Positions 27,664 to 40,339 of a stretch of DNA of 64,000 nt are shown here, in pieces. Source of the DNA: Octopus vulgaris (taxonomy: Eukaryota). The stretch spans positions 16,306,001 through 16,370,000 of the forward strand of contig OX597818.1 of NCBI GenBank assembly GCA_951406725.2. Direction: 5' to 3'. Every line of letters begins with the position of its first letter. The first letter of the stretch is position 1. A program made the position numbers and the translations under genes. The notes beneath the pieces are model-generated. The model was not told the DNA's origin and did not search any database. It was given only the letters and a program-made list of their open reading frames with translations.

Positions 27664-28723
27664 AAGAAGAAGAAGAAGAAGAAGAAGAAGAAGAAGAAGA
27701 AGAAGAAGAAGAAGAAGAAGAAGAAGAAAAAGAAGAAGAAGAAGAAGAAGAAGAAGAAGAAGAAGAAGAAGAAGAAGAAGAAGAAGAAGAAGAAGAAGAA
27801 ACAACAAAAGCTATAAAACAAATGAAATCCAAACTAAAAATAGAACAACAACGAACCATGATAAAACGATGGCAAGAAAAGCCCCTTCATGTAAATACTG
27901 GACTAAACTAAACGCAAAAGAAATAGACAAAGAAAAATCCCAGCAATGGTTGAGAAGCTCAGGACTCAAAGCAGAAACAGAGGGATTTTTAATTGCAGCA
28001 CAAGACCAAAGCCTCCCCACCAGAAATTACCAAAAACATGTAATGAAAAGAAATATTACAAGTAACTGCAGAATATGTGGAGATGGACGAGAAACAATAA
28101 ATCATATTATCTCTAGCTGCCCAGTCCTGGCTAAGAAGGAATATATTCACAGACATGACAGAGTTGGAACCTACATACATTGGAAGCTATGCCAACATTA
28201 TGGAATAACAACAGAAAAAAGATGGTAGAGGCACACACCAGAAAAGGTCACAGAAAACGAGAAAGCAACCATACTCTGGGATATGCCGATACACACAGAT
28301 AGAGAAATTAAGGCCAACAGACCAGATATAGTTGTCAAAGATCATGAAGAAAAAAATGCTTTCTAATTGATGTATCAATAACGGCTGATGATAACGTGCC
28401 TCTAAAAGAAATGGAGAAACTCTCAAAATACAAAGGCCTGGAAATAGAGGTAACCAGAATGTGGAATCTAAAAACAGAAACAATTCCTATCATAGTAGGT
28501 GCAGTAGGCATGATAAAAAAATATTCAGATAAATACATAACAAAAACACCAGGACTTACAAACACATATAACATGCAGAAAATTGCACTACTAGGCACTG
28601 CACACATCCTACGCAGAACACTTTCCATACAATAACCATCAGAGCATCACAACAAATCACAGCACATACCCAAGGCACACAGAGCTGCGCTCGGTAGTGA
28701 AGTGAAAGCACGCTATAAAACTA

Positions 28724-28726
<3 letters not shown>
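24623..28726 (+). mobile_element. R4/Dong-like non-LTR retrotransposon (RT, CCHC, RLE endonuclease), near full length, disrupted
   Basis: NYRPITCLPT, GIFQGDTLSPLLF, LLYMDDLKLY, CRICGDGRETINHIISSC, RHDRVG, RPDIVV..LIDVS..KLSKY. Flanked by (TAA)n(GAA)n on the left and (TAA)n on the right. Several stops and frameshifts. Confidence 0.9.
27627..27800 (+). repeat. (GAA)n microsatellite inside the retrotransposon ORF
   Basis: Directly visible. The sister copy has only gaagaagaagaagatgatgaagaa at ~30713-30736. Confidence 0.95.
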
Positions 28727-28809
<83 letters not shown>

Positions 28810-28835
28810 TAACAATAACAATAATAATAATAATC

Positions 28836-29324
28836 ATGTACATTGTTTTGTCTTGGTATAAAAGATGGGCTACAGCAAATATTCTGCTCAATACCACAGA
28901 TTTGCTTGTCAGTTGTTTGACTTTAACCATTTGAGCATGTTCCTTAGTGGCTGACGATATGTGCATCTCTGATCACGAGCAGAAGTAGTGGGGGAGCATC
29001 ATAGCCATGTGTTGAGAGGGATTCTTTGGGGTTTGAATAATTCACCTCTGAAAACATAGGTGGTTCTTTCAACATCATTAAACAACCCTTATTCAGGGAC
29101 CTTTTGAGCGGGATGGGCTACTCAACCTGAAGAAAATTCTAACTGGGCCCCACCTGCAAGGTCATGTGCTGTTTATCTTGATATGAGATCACCATGTCGC
29201 GCACATATGGTTGTGATGCATGTGCCTGGTGTACCCTTATCAGACGGGTAGTCATGATGGGTATATTGGGCTTCGTATATTTTACCCCAGTGTCACTTTG
29301 ATGGCATGAACTGCTCTCTCACTC

Positions 29325-29325
<1 letters not shown>
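28836..29325 (+). mobile_element. Non-coding TAA-flanked retroposon, copy 1
   Basis: Ends ctgctctctcactc(aat)n. Partial copy at 29391-29725 and reverse-complement copy at 6268-6790. All three are bounded by (TAA)n. Confidence 0.75.
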
Positions 29326-29390
<65 letters not shown>

Positions 29391-29725
29391 TGGGGGAGCA
29401 TCATAGCCATGTTTTGAAAGGGATTCTTTGGAGTTTGAATAATTCACCTCTGGAAACATGGGTGTTTCCTTCAACATCCTAAAGCAACCCTTATTCAGGG
29501 ACCTTTTGAGCAGGATGGGCTACTCGACCTGAAGAAAATTCTAACTGGGCCCCACCTGCAAGGTCATGTGCTGTTTATCTTGATATGAGATCACAATGTC
29601 GCGCACATATGGTTGTGATGCATGTGCCTGGTGTACTCTTATCAGACGAGTAGTCATGATGGGTATATTGGGCTTCGTATATTTTACCCCAGTGTCACTT
29701 TGATGGCATGAACTGCTCTCTCACT
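29391..29725 (+). mobile_element. Non-coding TAA-flanked retroposon, 5'-truncated copy 2
   Basis: Near-identical to 28989-29325, with (TAA)n on both sides. Confidence 0.75.
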
Positions 29726-29747
29726 CAATAATAATAATAATAATAAT

Positions 29748-29810
<63 letters not shown>

Positions 29811-29847
29811 TAACAATAACAATAATCATAATAATAATAATAATAAC

Positions 29848-29922
<75 letters not shown>

Positions 29923-29924
29923 TA

Positions 29925-31655
29925 TGCTTGGCACTGTCACCTCTATCTGATATGCTAAATAGAACTGGATGCGGATATAAATGTTACGGCAAAACGATCA
30001 GCCACCTTTTATATATGGATGACCTAAAACTATACGCTGCAAATGACAAACAGCTGGAAACACTATTAAAGACAATTCATGGATTTACCAAAGAAATAGA
30101 TATGAAATTTGGATTAGAAAAATGCGCCAAAGTAACCATGAAAAGAGGAAAACTAGTTAAGAGTAACAACATCACACTAGATAAAACCAATGAAATAAAA
30201 GAATTAGACCAAAGCCAAACTTACAAATACTTAGGAATCCATGAACTAGATAAGACACAACACACACAAATGAAAGAGAAAATAAAAAAAGAATATTATA
30301 GACGAGTTATATCAATACTAAAAACAGAGCTCAATGCTAAAAACAAGATAATAGGTATTAACACTTTAGCTGTCCCAGTTATAAGTTACAGCTACAATAT
30401 CCTTAACTGGACACGAAATGAACTGTCCAAAATAGATAGGAAAACAAGAAAAATACTGACAGGATCTAGGATGCATCACCCAAAATCTGACATAGAAAGA
30501 CTATATATACAACGTATAGAAGGTGGTAGAGACCTTATACAGCTGGAAAACTACTATAAAATAACCACCATAGGACTGCAAAAATACCTACTTCAGAAGG
30601 AAGGAAAACTGATCCAGATAGCAGCAAAACACGAGCAAAACAAAAAACTGTTCTCAGTATTTAAGGAAGCTGACAAATACAAACAAGAAATCATACCACC
30701 TAATAAACACAAAGAAGAAGAAGAAGATGATGAAGAAACAACAAAAGCTATAAAACAAATGAAATCCAAACTAAAAATAGAACAGCAACGAGCCATGATA
30801 AAACGATGGCAAGAAAAGTCCCTTTCATGGTAAATACTGCACTAAACTAAACGCAAAAGAAATAGACAAAGAAAAATCCCAGCAATGGTTGAGAAGCTCA
30901 GGACTCAAAGCAGAAACAGAGGGATTTTTAATTGCAGCACAAGACCAAAGCCTCTCCACCAGAAATTACCAAAAACATGTAATGAAAAGAAATATTACAA
31001 GTAACTGCAGAATATGTGGAGATGGACAAGAAACAATAAATCATATTATCTCTAGCTGCCCAGTCCTGGCTAAGAAGGAATATATTCACAGACATGACAG
31101 AGTTGGAACCTACATACATTGGAAGCTATGCCAACATTATGGAATAACAACAGAAAAAAGATGGTAGAGGCACACACCAGAAAAGGTCACACACTCTGGG
31201 ATATGCCGATACAAACAGATAGAGAAATTAAGGCCAACAGACCAGATATAGTTGTCAGAGATCATGAAGAAAAAAATGCTTTCTAATTGATGTATCAATA
31301 CCGGCAGATGACAACGTGTCTCTAAAAGAAATGGAGAAACTCTCAAAATACAAAGACCTGGAAATAGAGATAACTAGAATGTGGAACCTGAAAACAGAAA
31401 CAATTCCTATCATAGTAGGTGCATTAGGCATGATAAAAAAATATTCAGATAAATACATAACAAAAACACCAGGACTTACAAACATATATAACATACAGAA
31501 AATTGCACTACTAGGCACTGCACACATCCTACGCAGAACACTTTCCATACAATAACCATCAGAGCATCACAACAAATCACAGCACATACCCAAGGCACAC
31601 AGAGCTGCGCTCGGTAGTGAAGTGAAAGCACGCTATAAAAATAAAACTACTGAAC
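29925..31655 (+). mobile_element. 5'-truncated copy of the same R4/Dong-like element
   Basis: Near-identical to 26842-28726 including the 3' UTR. Embedded between (TAA)n arrays. Confidence 0.92.
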
Positions 31656-31679
31656 AATAATAATAATAATAGCGGTTAT

Positions 31680-32940
31680 ACATATTACAATCATAGATAA
31701 AGAAAAGCGACTGATCATGCCCGTTTGAATGAGAATCGTAAAGAGAAAGAAAAATAAAAAACAATACAATTCTTAAAATTTGAAATAGGAAGAATTTGGA
31801 GCATGCAAACAGTAAATGTGCCCAAAATAATTGGTTCACTGGGAAAAGAAATTCAAGTTATAGACAAATGACTGAGAACGATTGAAATAGGATGCCCAGT
31901 AGTACATCTACAGAAAGTTTGTCTCTTAGGGACAGCAAGGGTTATCAGGAGAGTACAAAGCACCGAAAGGACAGATGAAAATTTGTGGATGCCTAAAGTT
32001 ACAGGTACTAACCCACTATTCACATAATCCCTACCAGGAATAAGACTGAACCTGAGGCAAACCAAAATAATAGCAGTAATGGTTGTAAAAGCTGAGGGCC
32101 CTTCATGGTAGAATTACCGAGTAACTGAATAAGATCTTGACTGGAGAGGAGAGGTTGCCAGAATGGCTAAACTTTGGGAAATCGATCTTGTGTTTGAAGG
32201 AACCCAGTGAAGGAAATGCAGTTGACAACTTTAGACATTTAAACCTCTTGCCTCCCTCTTATGTGGAAGTTATGATAGGTGTCATTGCTGAAGCAATGTA
32301 TGAATATCTAGAAGAGATACTACCTGAAAAGCAGAAGCGATGCAGAAGAAGCAGGGGGACTAAGGATCACTTGTTGATTGACAAGGCGATCCTTAAAGAT
32401 TGTAAAAAGAGGCGCACAAGCATTTCAATGGCCTGGATCGATGACAAGGTGTCACATAGTCGGATATTGGAATGTTTGGTATTGCAACTAATGTTAGACA
32501 GTATTTAATGAGCAGTATGGATAGTTGGAAGATTGAGCTGACATCATGTGCACAATTGAAGAATATTCCAGAGAGATAGTCTTTTACTTTGCTGTTTGTA
32601 TTGTGCATGGTTCCCCTTTCATTAGTGTTGAGAAGAGAGAAGGCTGGTTACGAGTGGAGAGGACGTTAGTTTAAGATAAATCACCTGATGTTCATGGATG
32701 ATTTAAAACTCTTTGGGAAATCTTATAAACATACTGATTCTTTTGTACAGAGATTTCATACATTCAGCACGGACATGGGGATGGAGTTTGGCAAAAAACA
32801 CGTGGGGTGCTACTACAGAAGACAGAGAGATTTAATTAGATGGAAGGAATTATATTACCAGACAAGCAAGTTATGGCGGAAATTGACGACAACGGGTATA
32901 AGTACTTATGTATCCTGGAAACAGACCAAATGAAAGAGAA
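31680..32940 (+). mobile_element. Two further degenerate R4-like fragments (3' end 31680-32070; RT part 32090-32940)
   Basis: LQKVCLLGTARVIRRV terminus, then [28 protein letters not shown] and YKYLCILE. Confidence 0.72.
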
Positions 32941-33174
32941 CACCACCGACCTGAGAATATCTAAATTTCTTAAAATCTTTCAATATCGCAAATATCACAG
33001 CAAAATTTTAACGGCATCTAATTTTCAGTATCTGATCTCCTTTCTCTGAAGTGTATCCTTGTTACTCATATTTAATACACACAACAAAACGTCTAAGTTG
33101 CTGTTTCTGGAGATGTCTGAATGAGACTTGGAACAGCTCTTACAAAATAAATCAACAACAACAACAACGAAAAC

Positions 33175-33251
<77 letters not shown>

Positions 33252-34319
33252 AAGAACAAGAAGAACAAGAACAAGAACAAGAAGAACAAGAACAAGAAGA
33301 ACAAGAAGGAGAAGGAGGAGGAGGATGAGGAGGAGGAGAAGAAGAAGAAGAGGAGGAGAAGAGAAGAAGAAGAGGAAGAAGAAGAAGAAGAGAAGAAGAA
33401 GAAGAAGAAGAAGAAGAAGAAGAAGAAGAAGAAGAAGAAGAAGAAGAAGAAGAAGAAGAAGAAGAAGAAGAAGAAGAAGAAGAAGAAGAAGAAGAAGAAG
33501 AATATTTATTTATGAGCGACAAGAACTGAAAGAAATACAACAAAATTCGAAGAAAGTTCAAAAGATGAAAGACAAAAATTACAATAATGTTTTTATCTAA
33601 AGTTTAAAAGTCTTCTTGTGTTGATTAGGGTACACCATGTTTCTGATTAGGTATCTCCACAATTGTATTGTTAATATCTGTAGATTCCAGCACCTTCGGT
33701 GAGGAACTCTTGGGTTACAGTAGACAATCGAGGTCGCACGTCATGTTTTATCTAAAACCAATCTTACTTCTTTGTCCATAGGTACCTTAAGCAGTATATT
33801 ATATCGTTGTTAGCCTTACGAAATAATATGTATTTCATTTTGTTCAGGATGGTAGCTATTTCCTTCATATTGAGATGAGCAGTTTGTCAGCAGGGAGTTT
33901 CTTCTTTTCCACAGGTTATGAAACTACACTTTATCTCATTAATTTTATTTATTTATATTGCATTGGGTCTTTCGAAGAAGTGTGCATAAGTCGTTTGGTC
34001 TGCATCAGGTCACCAGACTCTTAAGTACATGGCCATATGCTGCTGTGAAGGAGTGCTTCTCGGCCACTTCTCTTTTGTTATTGTAGTTGTTGTTAGAAGT
34101 GATTGGTTTTTGTCCACGTCAGGGCCAAAGAGTTTGATCATGACAGTGAGAATTATGTAAATTTGTTTGTCGAATCATGGGTTATAGCTATTGTGGAGTT
34201 TTGGACGGCAACCTCCATGCTTTGTAGTCTTGTTTCTGGATTTTTCTTTAATATTTTCTTTTTTGTTTTTGACTGCTGGTCTTGATTCCGCGATATGAAA
34301 GAACAGTGTTGATATCAAG

Positions 34320-34640
34320 GAAAAACCCAGTCAGACCATAGAGTCAATGTGCCACGCTTTCTCAAACATCTTTGAGGAGTCACGAGCATTGGCCTTAGTT
34401 TCACTAGAAGAGTTAAATGAACGAGTGAAACGTTTCGATATGACAGTGAGAATGTCAGCAGTAGACCTAGATGCACGCAAATCTTATGGAAAATCAGCAA
34501 GTAGACCGGAAGAGTCAAAATATCTGATCAAAGCCACCTTAATAATAGATTCAAAGACTTTCTTGATCATAGGGAAAAGACATATTGGAATATAAATGTG
34601 TAAGTCAGATGATTCCCTACTATTCTTAAACGCTGGAGCA
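34320..34640 (-). mobile_element. Degenerate LINE RT fragment (CR1/L2/Jockey-like)
   Basis: Manual translation gives YIPICLFPMIKKVFESII...LRASRSTADIL...DSSKMFEKAWH, matching the YRPISLL..SKVFE / GFR..RST / DISKAFDKVWH pattern. Confidence 0.6.
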
Positions 34641-34832
34641 ATAGATAAATAATTCTAACAAGACGAAATGCAAGTTATAGACAGAAGACAAGCTCAGGGC
34701 TACTTGGCTGCAAAACAACTCGTGTACCATCATGACCAGTGGCCTTAGATGAATCTACTTTCGCAATTATAGATGCTACAATTTTAGCTGTTATATGGAA
34801 GGTGCAAGAAGGGAAGGCTACAAGCGGTATGT

Positions 34833-34921
<89 letters not shown>

Positions 34922-35071
34922 CACGCGCGCGCGCGCGTGTGGTGTGTGAAGGTGATGGCTGTATGTGTGTGAGTGTGTGGACTAATGACACTTATTAAGA
35001 TAGTTAAAGATACTTAAAAGAGATTATTTTGGGAGAAAGCAAACATTTTGTAAATTGCTCTATGAAATATT

Positions 35072-37282
35072 TCATTCTTCAAATACATTAATTATCCCAA
35101 TGATTTTATCTGATAGGGATATATCAAAATGAAATTTAATATTGAATATCGATAATAATTTTGGTATCATAGACGTCATCAATATTAAGGTAATCCGTGT
35201 GAATCCTGATAAATCCAAATCCTTTCGACTTATTATATTGTTGCAAGCAAAGAAAAAAGATACGATTAGAAATAGCTTTACAATGGATTTAGCAATCTCG
35301 TATCTCAAAGGAAAATGATGGTCAATAATTGTTTTAAACAACTTGACATTAATGAATTCCTGTCCATATTTTGACAGAACTAAATTTGGACGAACACTTT
35401 TCGTAAACTTTATAGTTTGAACTAGTATAGTATGATACTTTTCCTGAATAGTTTTCGTAACTGCAAAACCGTAAACAAAAAACATGGCAACAAACCATAT
35501 ATCGCCAACAGTATCAGGTTTAGCAAGCATTACAATAGCTATTGAAAATGAATAGTTGCAAAGAACTTGGAAAGTTGTAAGAAAAATATAAATCGAATCT
35601 AAATACCATAATACATAAAAGGGCAACGAAGCGAATGTTAAGATAAGAGCAATAATCTTGGAAATATGGTTAGGATTCATATACATTGGTAAAATATAGA
35701 CTTTGAAGTAACTTAAGGGTAAAGTTAGAATCAAATAAACGATTGGGATTCCGTAATAAACGAGGCACAGAAGTAATTCGCAGATAGAAAATACAGCAAA
35801 TAAAATCGTGATCGTAATAAATAACCAAAGAAATATGAATTGGCTAAAAATATTTCTCTCGTAGAAATAAAGACAAATTTTCTTTATACGTTTAATCCAA
35901 GTATAAATAATTAAATACCACAAATTTGGGTTTAAAGCCGTAGAAATATTAGCTATCATTATCGTATAAAGAAGATCGTAATCTTCAAGTGTAGAAATAT
36001 TAAAATTTCCATAGTTCTCTATTAATGTGATATTTTGAATGAGAAATGTGCAAGTTGATCTTTGATGTAATGTACTATAAATGATAGTCTCACTTAAACG
36101 ACTGGGTAGAACGAAGAGAATAAAGTTGAGAAATATATAGATAATTATCCAAAAAAAGGGACCCCCGAAAAAACCATCTGTATTTTCATAGCTTTCTGAG
36201 GTTCCTAGAATCATGGCACGATAACCCAATGGAATACGATCATGTAAAAGTATTTTCATCGTTTCATATAAAAATAAATAATGCATTAAAAGATCCAGGA
36301 ACATTATTGAAAGAGGAAACATAATAAAAATGAATCTTCTTAGTTTTGAAGCAAAGAAAGTGGAATGGTGAAAACAAAATAACCAAGATAGAAAATGAGA
36401 GAAAGTGTAAATATTATGTTTTTCATTAATCCATTCTAATTTGTGTGGCAATGTGTAGTTAATTCTAAATAAGAATTCATCGTTAGCTAATTGTTGCTGG
36501 TTAAGTTCTCGAGAATATGAAGGTAATTTAAGTCGTGATACAAAACTAACAAGCAATGGAAATATGGCCCACAGAACCGACCCAACAATATTTTCATAAT
36601 TAACAAACATACTATTTTCAATGATGTTTCCAGAACAAATGGATTTCGGTTCATAAGTGCGTTTTTCATTCTTATGTAGTTCACAGCAATAGTTTTTCAG
36701 TATCTCTCGATTTATACCCAATCTTCTGTATGTTAATAACGTATAAGGGCTGTTCTTCTGTATATCATGCGACAAATTTATAAAAAAGCACATGTATCCA
36801 GATTCTCCCATTTGCAATTTATCGATAAATACGATTCTCTTTAATTCCTCGAAAATCAAAAATATTACATCGTGTCTCTGAATATTTTGTTTCCCACAAT
36901 TTATATCGATAACAATACTTGGAGTAGCAACGTAAACATCTAATATATTAAATGAATGAATTGAGAAGTCATAGTGAAAATTTTTATACGGTACTAAACC
37001 ATCTGGTTTATCTGGAATCCATATGAAATGCCTCGCATTTGCATAATAATCCAGTGGTACAGGATTGAGAAGCCCATCAAGTGTTTTATCAGCTATATGG
37101 ACTTCGAAATTGAAAACCAGTTTACCTGATTTTACTAAACGAGTTAAAGTTTGACTGACATTAGGAGAAATTTTAATTTCACAATTATTTCCGAGTCCTT
37201 TCGCATCTATGTTTAGTGATGTAAGTGAGATAATAAGGGTGACTGATAAAAGAAGTGCTGTTACCATATGCATGACAGCCAT
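35072..37282 (-). CDS. Uncharacterised multi-pass membrane protein, paralogue B (736 aa, intact, single coding exon)
   Basis: Uninterrupted 736-codon ORF in AT-rich DNA. N-terminal hydrophobic signal (VTALLLSVTLIISLTSL), ~200-aa ectodomain with 6 Cys (NNC, INCGK, YMCFF, YCC, SICSG), then ~9-10 hydrophobic segments. Collinear with two other copies. Polypyrimidine tract plus AG acceptor 10 nt upstream of the ATG. Confidence 0.88.
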   Translation of the reverse strand: MAVMHMVTALLLSVTLIISLTSLNIDAKGLGNNCEIKISPNVSQTLTRLVKSGKLVFNFEVHIADKTLDGLLNPVPLDYYANARHFIWIPDKPDGLVPYKNFHYDFSIHSFNILDVYVATPSIVIDINCGKQNIQRHDVIFLIFEELKRIVFIDKLQMGESGYMCFFINLSHDIQKNSPYTLLTYRRLGINREILKNYCCELHKNEKRTYEPKSICSGNIIENSMFVNYENIVGSVLWAIFPLLVSFVSRLKLPSYSRELNQQQLANDEFLFRINYTLPHKLEWINEKHNIYTFSHFLSWLFCFHHSTFFASKLRRFIFIMFPLSIMFLDLLMHYLFLYETMKILLHDRIPLGYRAMILGTSESYENTDGFFGGPFFWIIIYIFLNFILFVLPSRLSETIIYSTLHQRSTCTFLIQNITLIENYGNFNISTLEDYDLLYTIMIANISTALNPNLWYLIIYTWIKRIKKICLYFYERNIFSQFIFLWLFITITILFAVFSICELLLCLVYYGIPIVYLILTLPLSYFKVYILPMYMNPNHISKIIALILTFASLPFYVLWYLDSIYIFLTTFQVLCNYSFSIAIVMLAKPDTVGDIWFVAMFFVYGFAVTKTIQEKYHTILVQTIKFTKSVRPNLVLSKYGQEFINVKLFKTIIDHHFPLRYEIAKSIVKLFLIVSFFFACNNIISRKDLDLSGFTRITLILMTSMIPKLLSIFNIKFHFDISLSDKIIGIINVFEE

Positions 37283-37292
37283 ATTTCGTTAT

Positions 37293-37312
37293 CTGTAAAA
37301 AAAGAAAAAAAT
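37293..37312 (-). promoter_or_regulatory. Splice acceptor before the coding exon of paralogue B (equivalents at 12986-13002 and 62211-62227)
   Basis: Minus strand reads pyrimidine tract-ttacAG|ataacgaaatATG here, ttctttattacAG|aaaacgaaacATG in C, and ttctttattacAG|ataactgaatACG in A. The 10-nt spacing is identical in all three. Confidence 0.8.
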
Positions 37313-37459
37313 TATCTGAGCACACATATATTGATGAAGGGTTAAGTTCATTTTTCTTATTTCGTAATTATTTGAAATGAAGAATATTGATTTAAAACTG
37401 AAAAGAAATGTCTTTTATTTTATTTAGTTTTGTTTTTCGATCTCTAAGGAAGTTTAGAC

Positions 37460-37800
37460 GAATGTCTTGTGAAAGCTGTACAAGGCATGTACATGTGTGT
37501 TCTTACTAAGTTAAGAGTTAGTCTTGAATACAGTGACGAATTTAGGGTACAGGCAGGTGTGCAGCAAGGTTCGCTTCTCAGCTCTCTCTTATTCATCATC
37601 GTCCTCCAGGCCATAACAGAGCAATTTATTACTGGAAGCCTATGGAAACTACTATATGCTGATTATCTTGCACCCATAGCAGAATGTGTAAGAGACTTAG
37701 AGAAGAAATTCCAGGTGTGCAATCAAAACCTGGAGTCAAAGGGTCTTAAAGTTAACTTAGCAAAGACCAAAGTCCTAATGAGCAAGAAATCGGAGGGAAA
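37460..37800 (+). mobile_element. RTE-like LINE reverse-transcriptase fragment in the putative intron of paralogue B
   Basis: GVQQGSLLSSLLFIIV, LLYADYL (decayed YADD) and GLKVNLAKTKVL. Confidence 0.75.
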
Positions 37801-38315
37801 CCAGACACTTCCTGTAACTGACCCTCCTCAATATGTAGAAAAAGGTGTAGGCACTTCAACAGCAGATCAAGGAATGAAGTCTATCAGTCAGCCTGATGCT
37901 CTCTTTGATACCCTTCCAACAACTTTAAGACATGTCACACTCTCCACTCTTTAAGATATTTTACCTAGAAGGCTACTACATGAAATCTACAGTTTGCTCT
38001 TGATTGCAGCCGTCTTAATCCGATAAGCCATTATGATAAAACCTCTGTTCTAAAGAGTGGGATCGGATAGTGCCCACCGACTCACACTTTAAAACTAGTA
38101 AGAGCAGACAGGAAGAAAAGAGTGTTAAGCTCCGTTTATATAACCACTTAATGGTGTGTCGCTTTTCCATTTGGTATTCAGATACGAAGAATCTACTATA
38201 ATTGTATGCCCTCTTTCATCTCTGTTACTTATTTCAGTTATGAGACTGCGGCCATGCTGGGGCACCGCCTTAAAGGGGTTTTTTATCGAATTAAACGACC
38301 CCAGAACTTGTGTAT

Positions 38316-38385
<70 letters not shown>

Positions 38386-38500
38386 TTAAACTTGGTATTT
38401 ATTCTATCGGTGTCTTTGTTGAACAGCTATGTTACGGAGATGTAAACACACCAACACCGGTTGTCAAGCAGTGGTTGTGGGCAAACACAGACGCAATGAA

Positions 38501-38531
<31 letters not shown>

Positions 38532-38534
38532 GAT

Positions 38535-38695
38535 AGATATGCATGCGAGAGGCTTCTTTCAGTTTCCGTCTTTCAAGGTTAAGCTTCCTGAGGCTAGAGT
38601 AGAAAATGCTGGCCCAAGGTACCATGCTGTGAGAATGAACCCGGAACCATGTGGTCAGGAAGCAAACACATTGCCACACTGTACACTGCGCCTAT
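38535..38695 (-). mobile_element. Degenerate tRNA-derived SINE (related copy ~14915-15065)
   Basis: Shared ggcttctttcagttt end and tRNA-like head (ccacatggttccgggttca) in both copies. Confidence 0.55.
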
Positions 38696-39194
38696 ATTGA
38701 GAGAGAAAGTAAAATAGAGGTTGAGAGATAGAGAGAGTGGGGTAGACATAGAGAGACAGAGAAAAGATCGACGTACTGCTAAAGAGAAAGGGATTGGGAG
38801 AAAGCTTCAGAGACATAAATACAGAGATAGATAGGGAAATAGAGACAGGGGAAGGAGGGAAGGCGGAAACATTTACATACATGACTAAGATACATTTAAC
38901 AAGCAGCAACGTGTTCATAAATAGGGCAGAATTCTCGCTTAAACAGCCCAAATAAGCCCTCATAAGGTTTTTTTTATTTTTGGTAATTTTCAGAAAATGT
39001 TTGTTAATTTTTGTCCTAAACATGGGAATTCATAACATCCGTATTAATATTAAAATTTACACTCATTTTCGATTATTTTTCTCTTTTAATCTATTTGAAA
39101 TACGGGCGGTCTGAATTTTTACCTAAATCCCAGCAGCAGACCGCCTTTCGGTTTATCATAATTCCATTAAATGGGTTCATGGAGAGAAAAATAT

Positions 39195-39417
39195 ATTTTT
39201 TTTATTGCCCACAGGGGGATAAACATAGAGGGGAGACAAACAAGGATAGACAAAGGGATTAGGTCGATTACATCAACCCCAGTGCGTAACTGCTACTTAT
39301 TCAATCGACCCAGAAAGGATGAAAGGCAAAGTCGACCTGGGCGGAATTTGAACTCAGAACGTAACGGCAGACGAAATATCGCTAGGCAGTTCGCCCGGCG
39401 TGCTAACGATTCTGCCA
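39195..39417 (-). mobile_element. tRNA-derived SINE with TSD
   Basis: Minus strand has TGGCAGAATCG (A-box-like), GAGTTCAAATTCC (B-box) and an A-rich tail. Flanking direct repeat gagaaaaatat at 39184-94 and 39421-31. Older copies at ~13250-13355 and ~63550-63665. Confidence 0.8.
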
Positions 39418-40339
39418 GGGGAGAAAAATATTGAAAAATATTGAAAAACACTAATACATGTCTGAATGATAAAGAAACGATGACGGTATCGTGTGTTCGT
39501 GGGATGTGCTATAAATTACATTTAGGTACACACACACACACATATCCTGCATTTTATTGATAAGTAGATTGATAAATAAGTGATTCAAAATAAATATATT
39601 TTAATTGTTGTGTGAGAAAGTATATATAATCTGATTATAAAATATAGTGTCTTTCAAAAACATCCTAAATTTGAAGACTATATCTCGTGTTTAAGAAAAA
39701 AAACATTTTAGGTATACACGTGTATGTATGTGTATATGTATGTATTTATGTATGTATGTATCGTGTACTACGTATATCCGTTTCATTTATAGCCAATGAA
39801 TCACTCCGCCTCAAAGATTGTCATGATATTACAAATCATCACTCTTCGCATGAAATTACTTTAATCAGGAAAGCATAGACAAAATTTGTTCTGATTTCTG
39901 AGAATTAATATTGATGCTTCTAAATCTCCCTTAAATCACACACATGAAGTATTATTATTTCAAAAGCGTATGAATTTCCGTACTTAGAACACCAATTCGC
40001 GAAAATTTCCTGAAAATTCCAAAGAATGAAAATGCTACAAGGGGTTATATGGGTTTCATTAACCAGAATTCCGCCATTTTGAAGGAATATCTGTAGATTC
40101 AATGGACCCTTATTCCTCCGTTTGCTCAGACAGAAAAGGGATCCTTTCATAGGGATCCCAAGTCGTGTGGGAGAAAGAAAAGATAGAATCATGGTGTATC
40201 CTCAGACGGATATCCGATCTCAATGTGAACTCCAGTCAAGGTACCTACCTGCTAAAAACAACAGCCAAATATCCCTCAGATCACTCCTCATATTGTTAGA
40301 AGACATTACATTGGATAAATGCATTCAGGTGGATGGACA

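Noticed and set aside
33600-33960. Possible Penelope GIY-YIG remnant on the minus strand (GAGIYRY..NCGDT)
   Set aside because: Too degenerate to support without a profile search.
35072-37282. Assignment to Cys-loop chemotactile receptors, GPCRs or protocadherins
   Set aside because: No C-x13-C loop with four TM segments, no GPCR motifs, no cadherin repeats, and the hydrophobic segment pattern does not fit.
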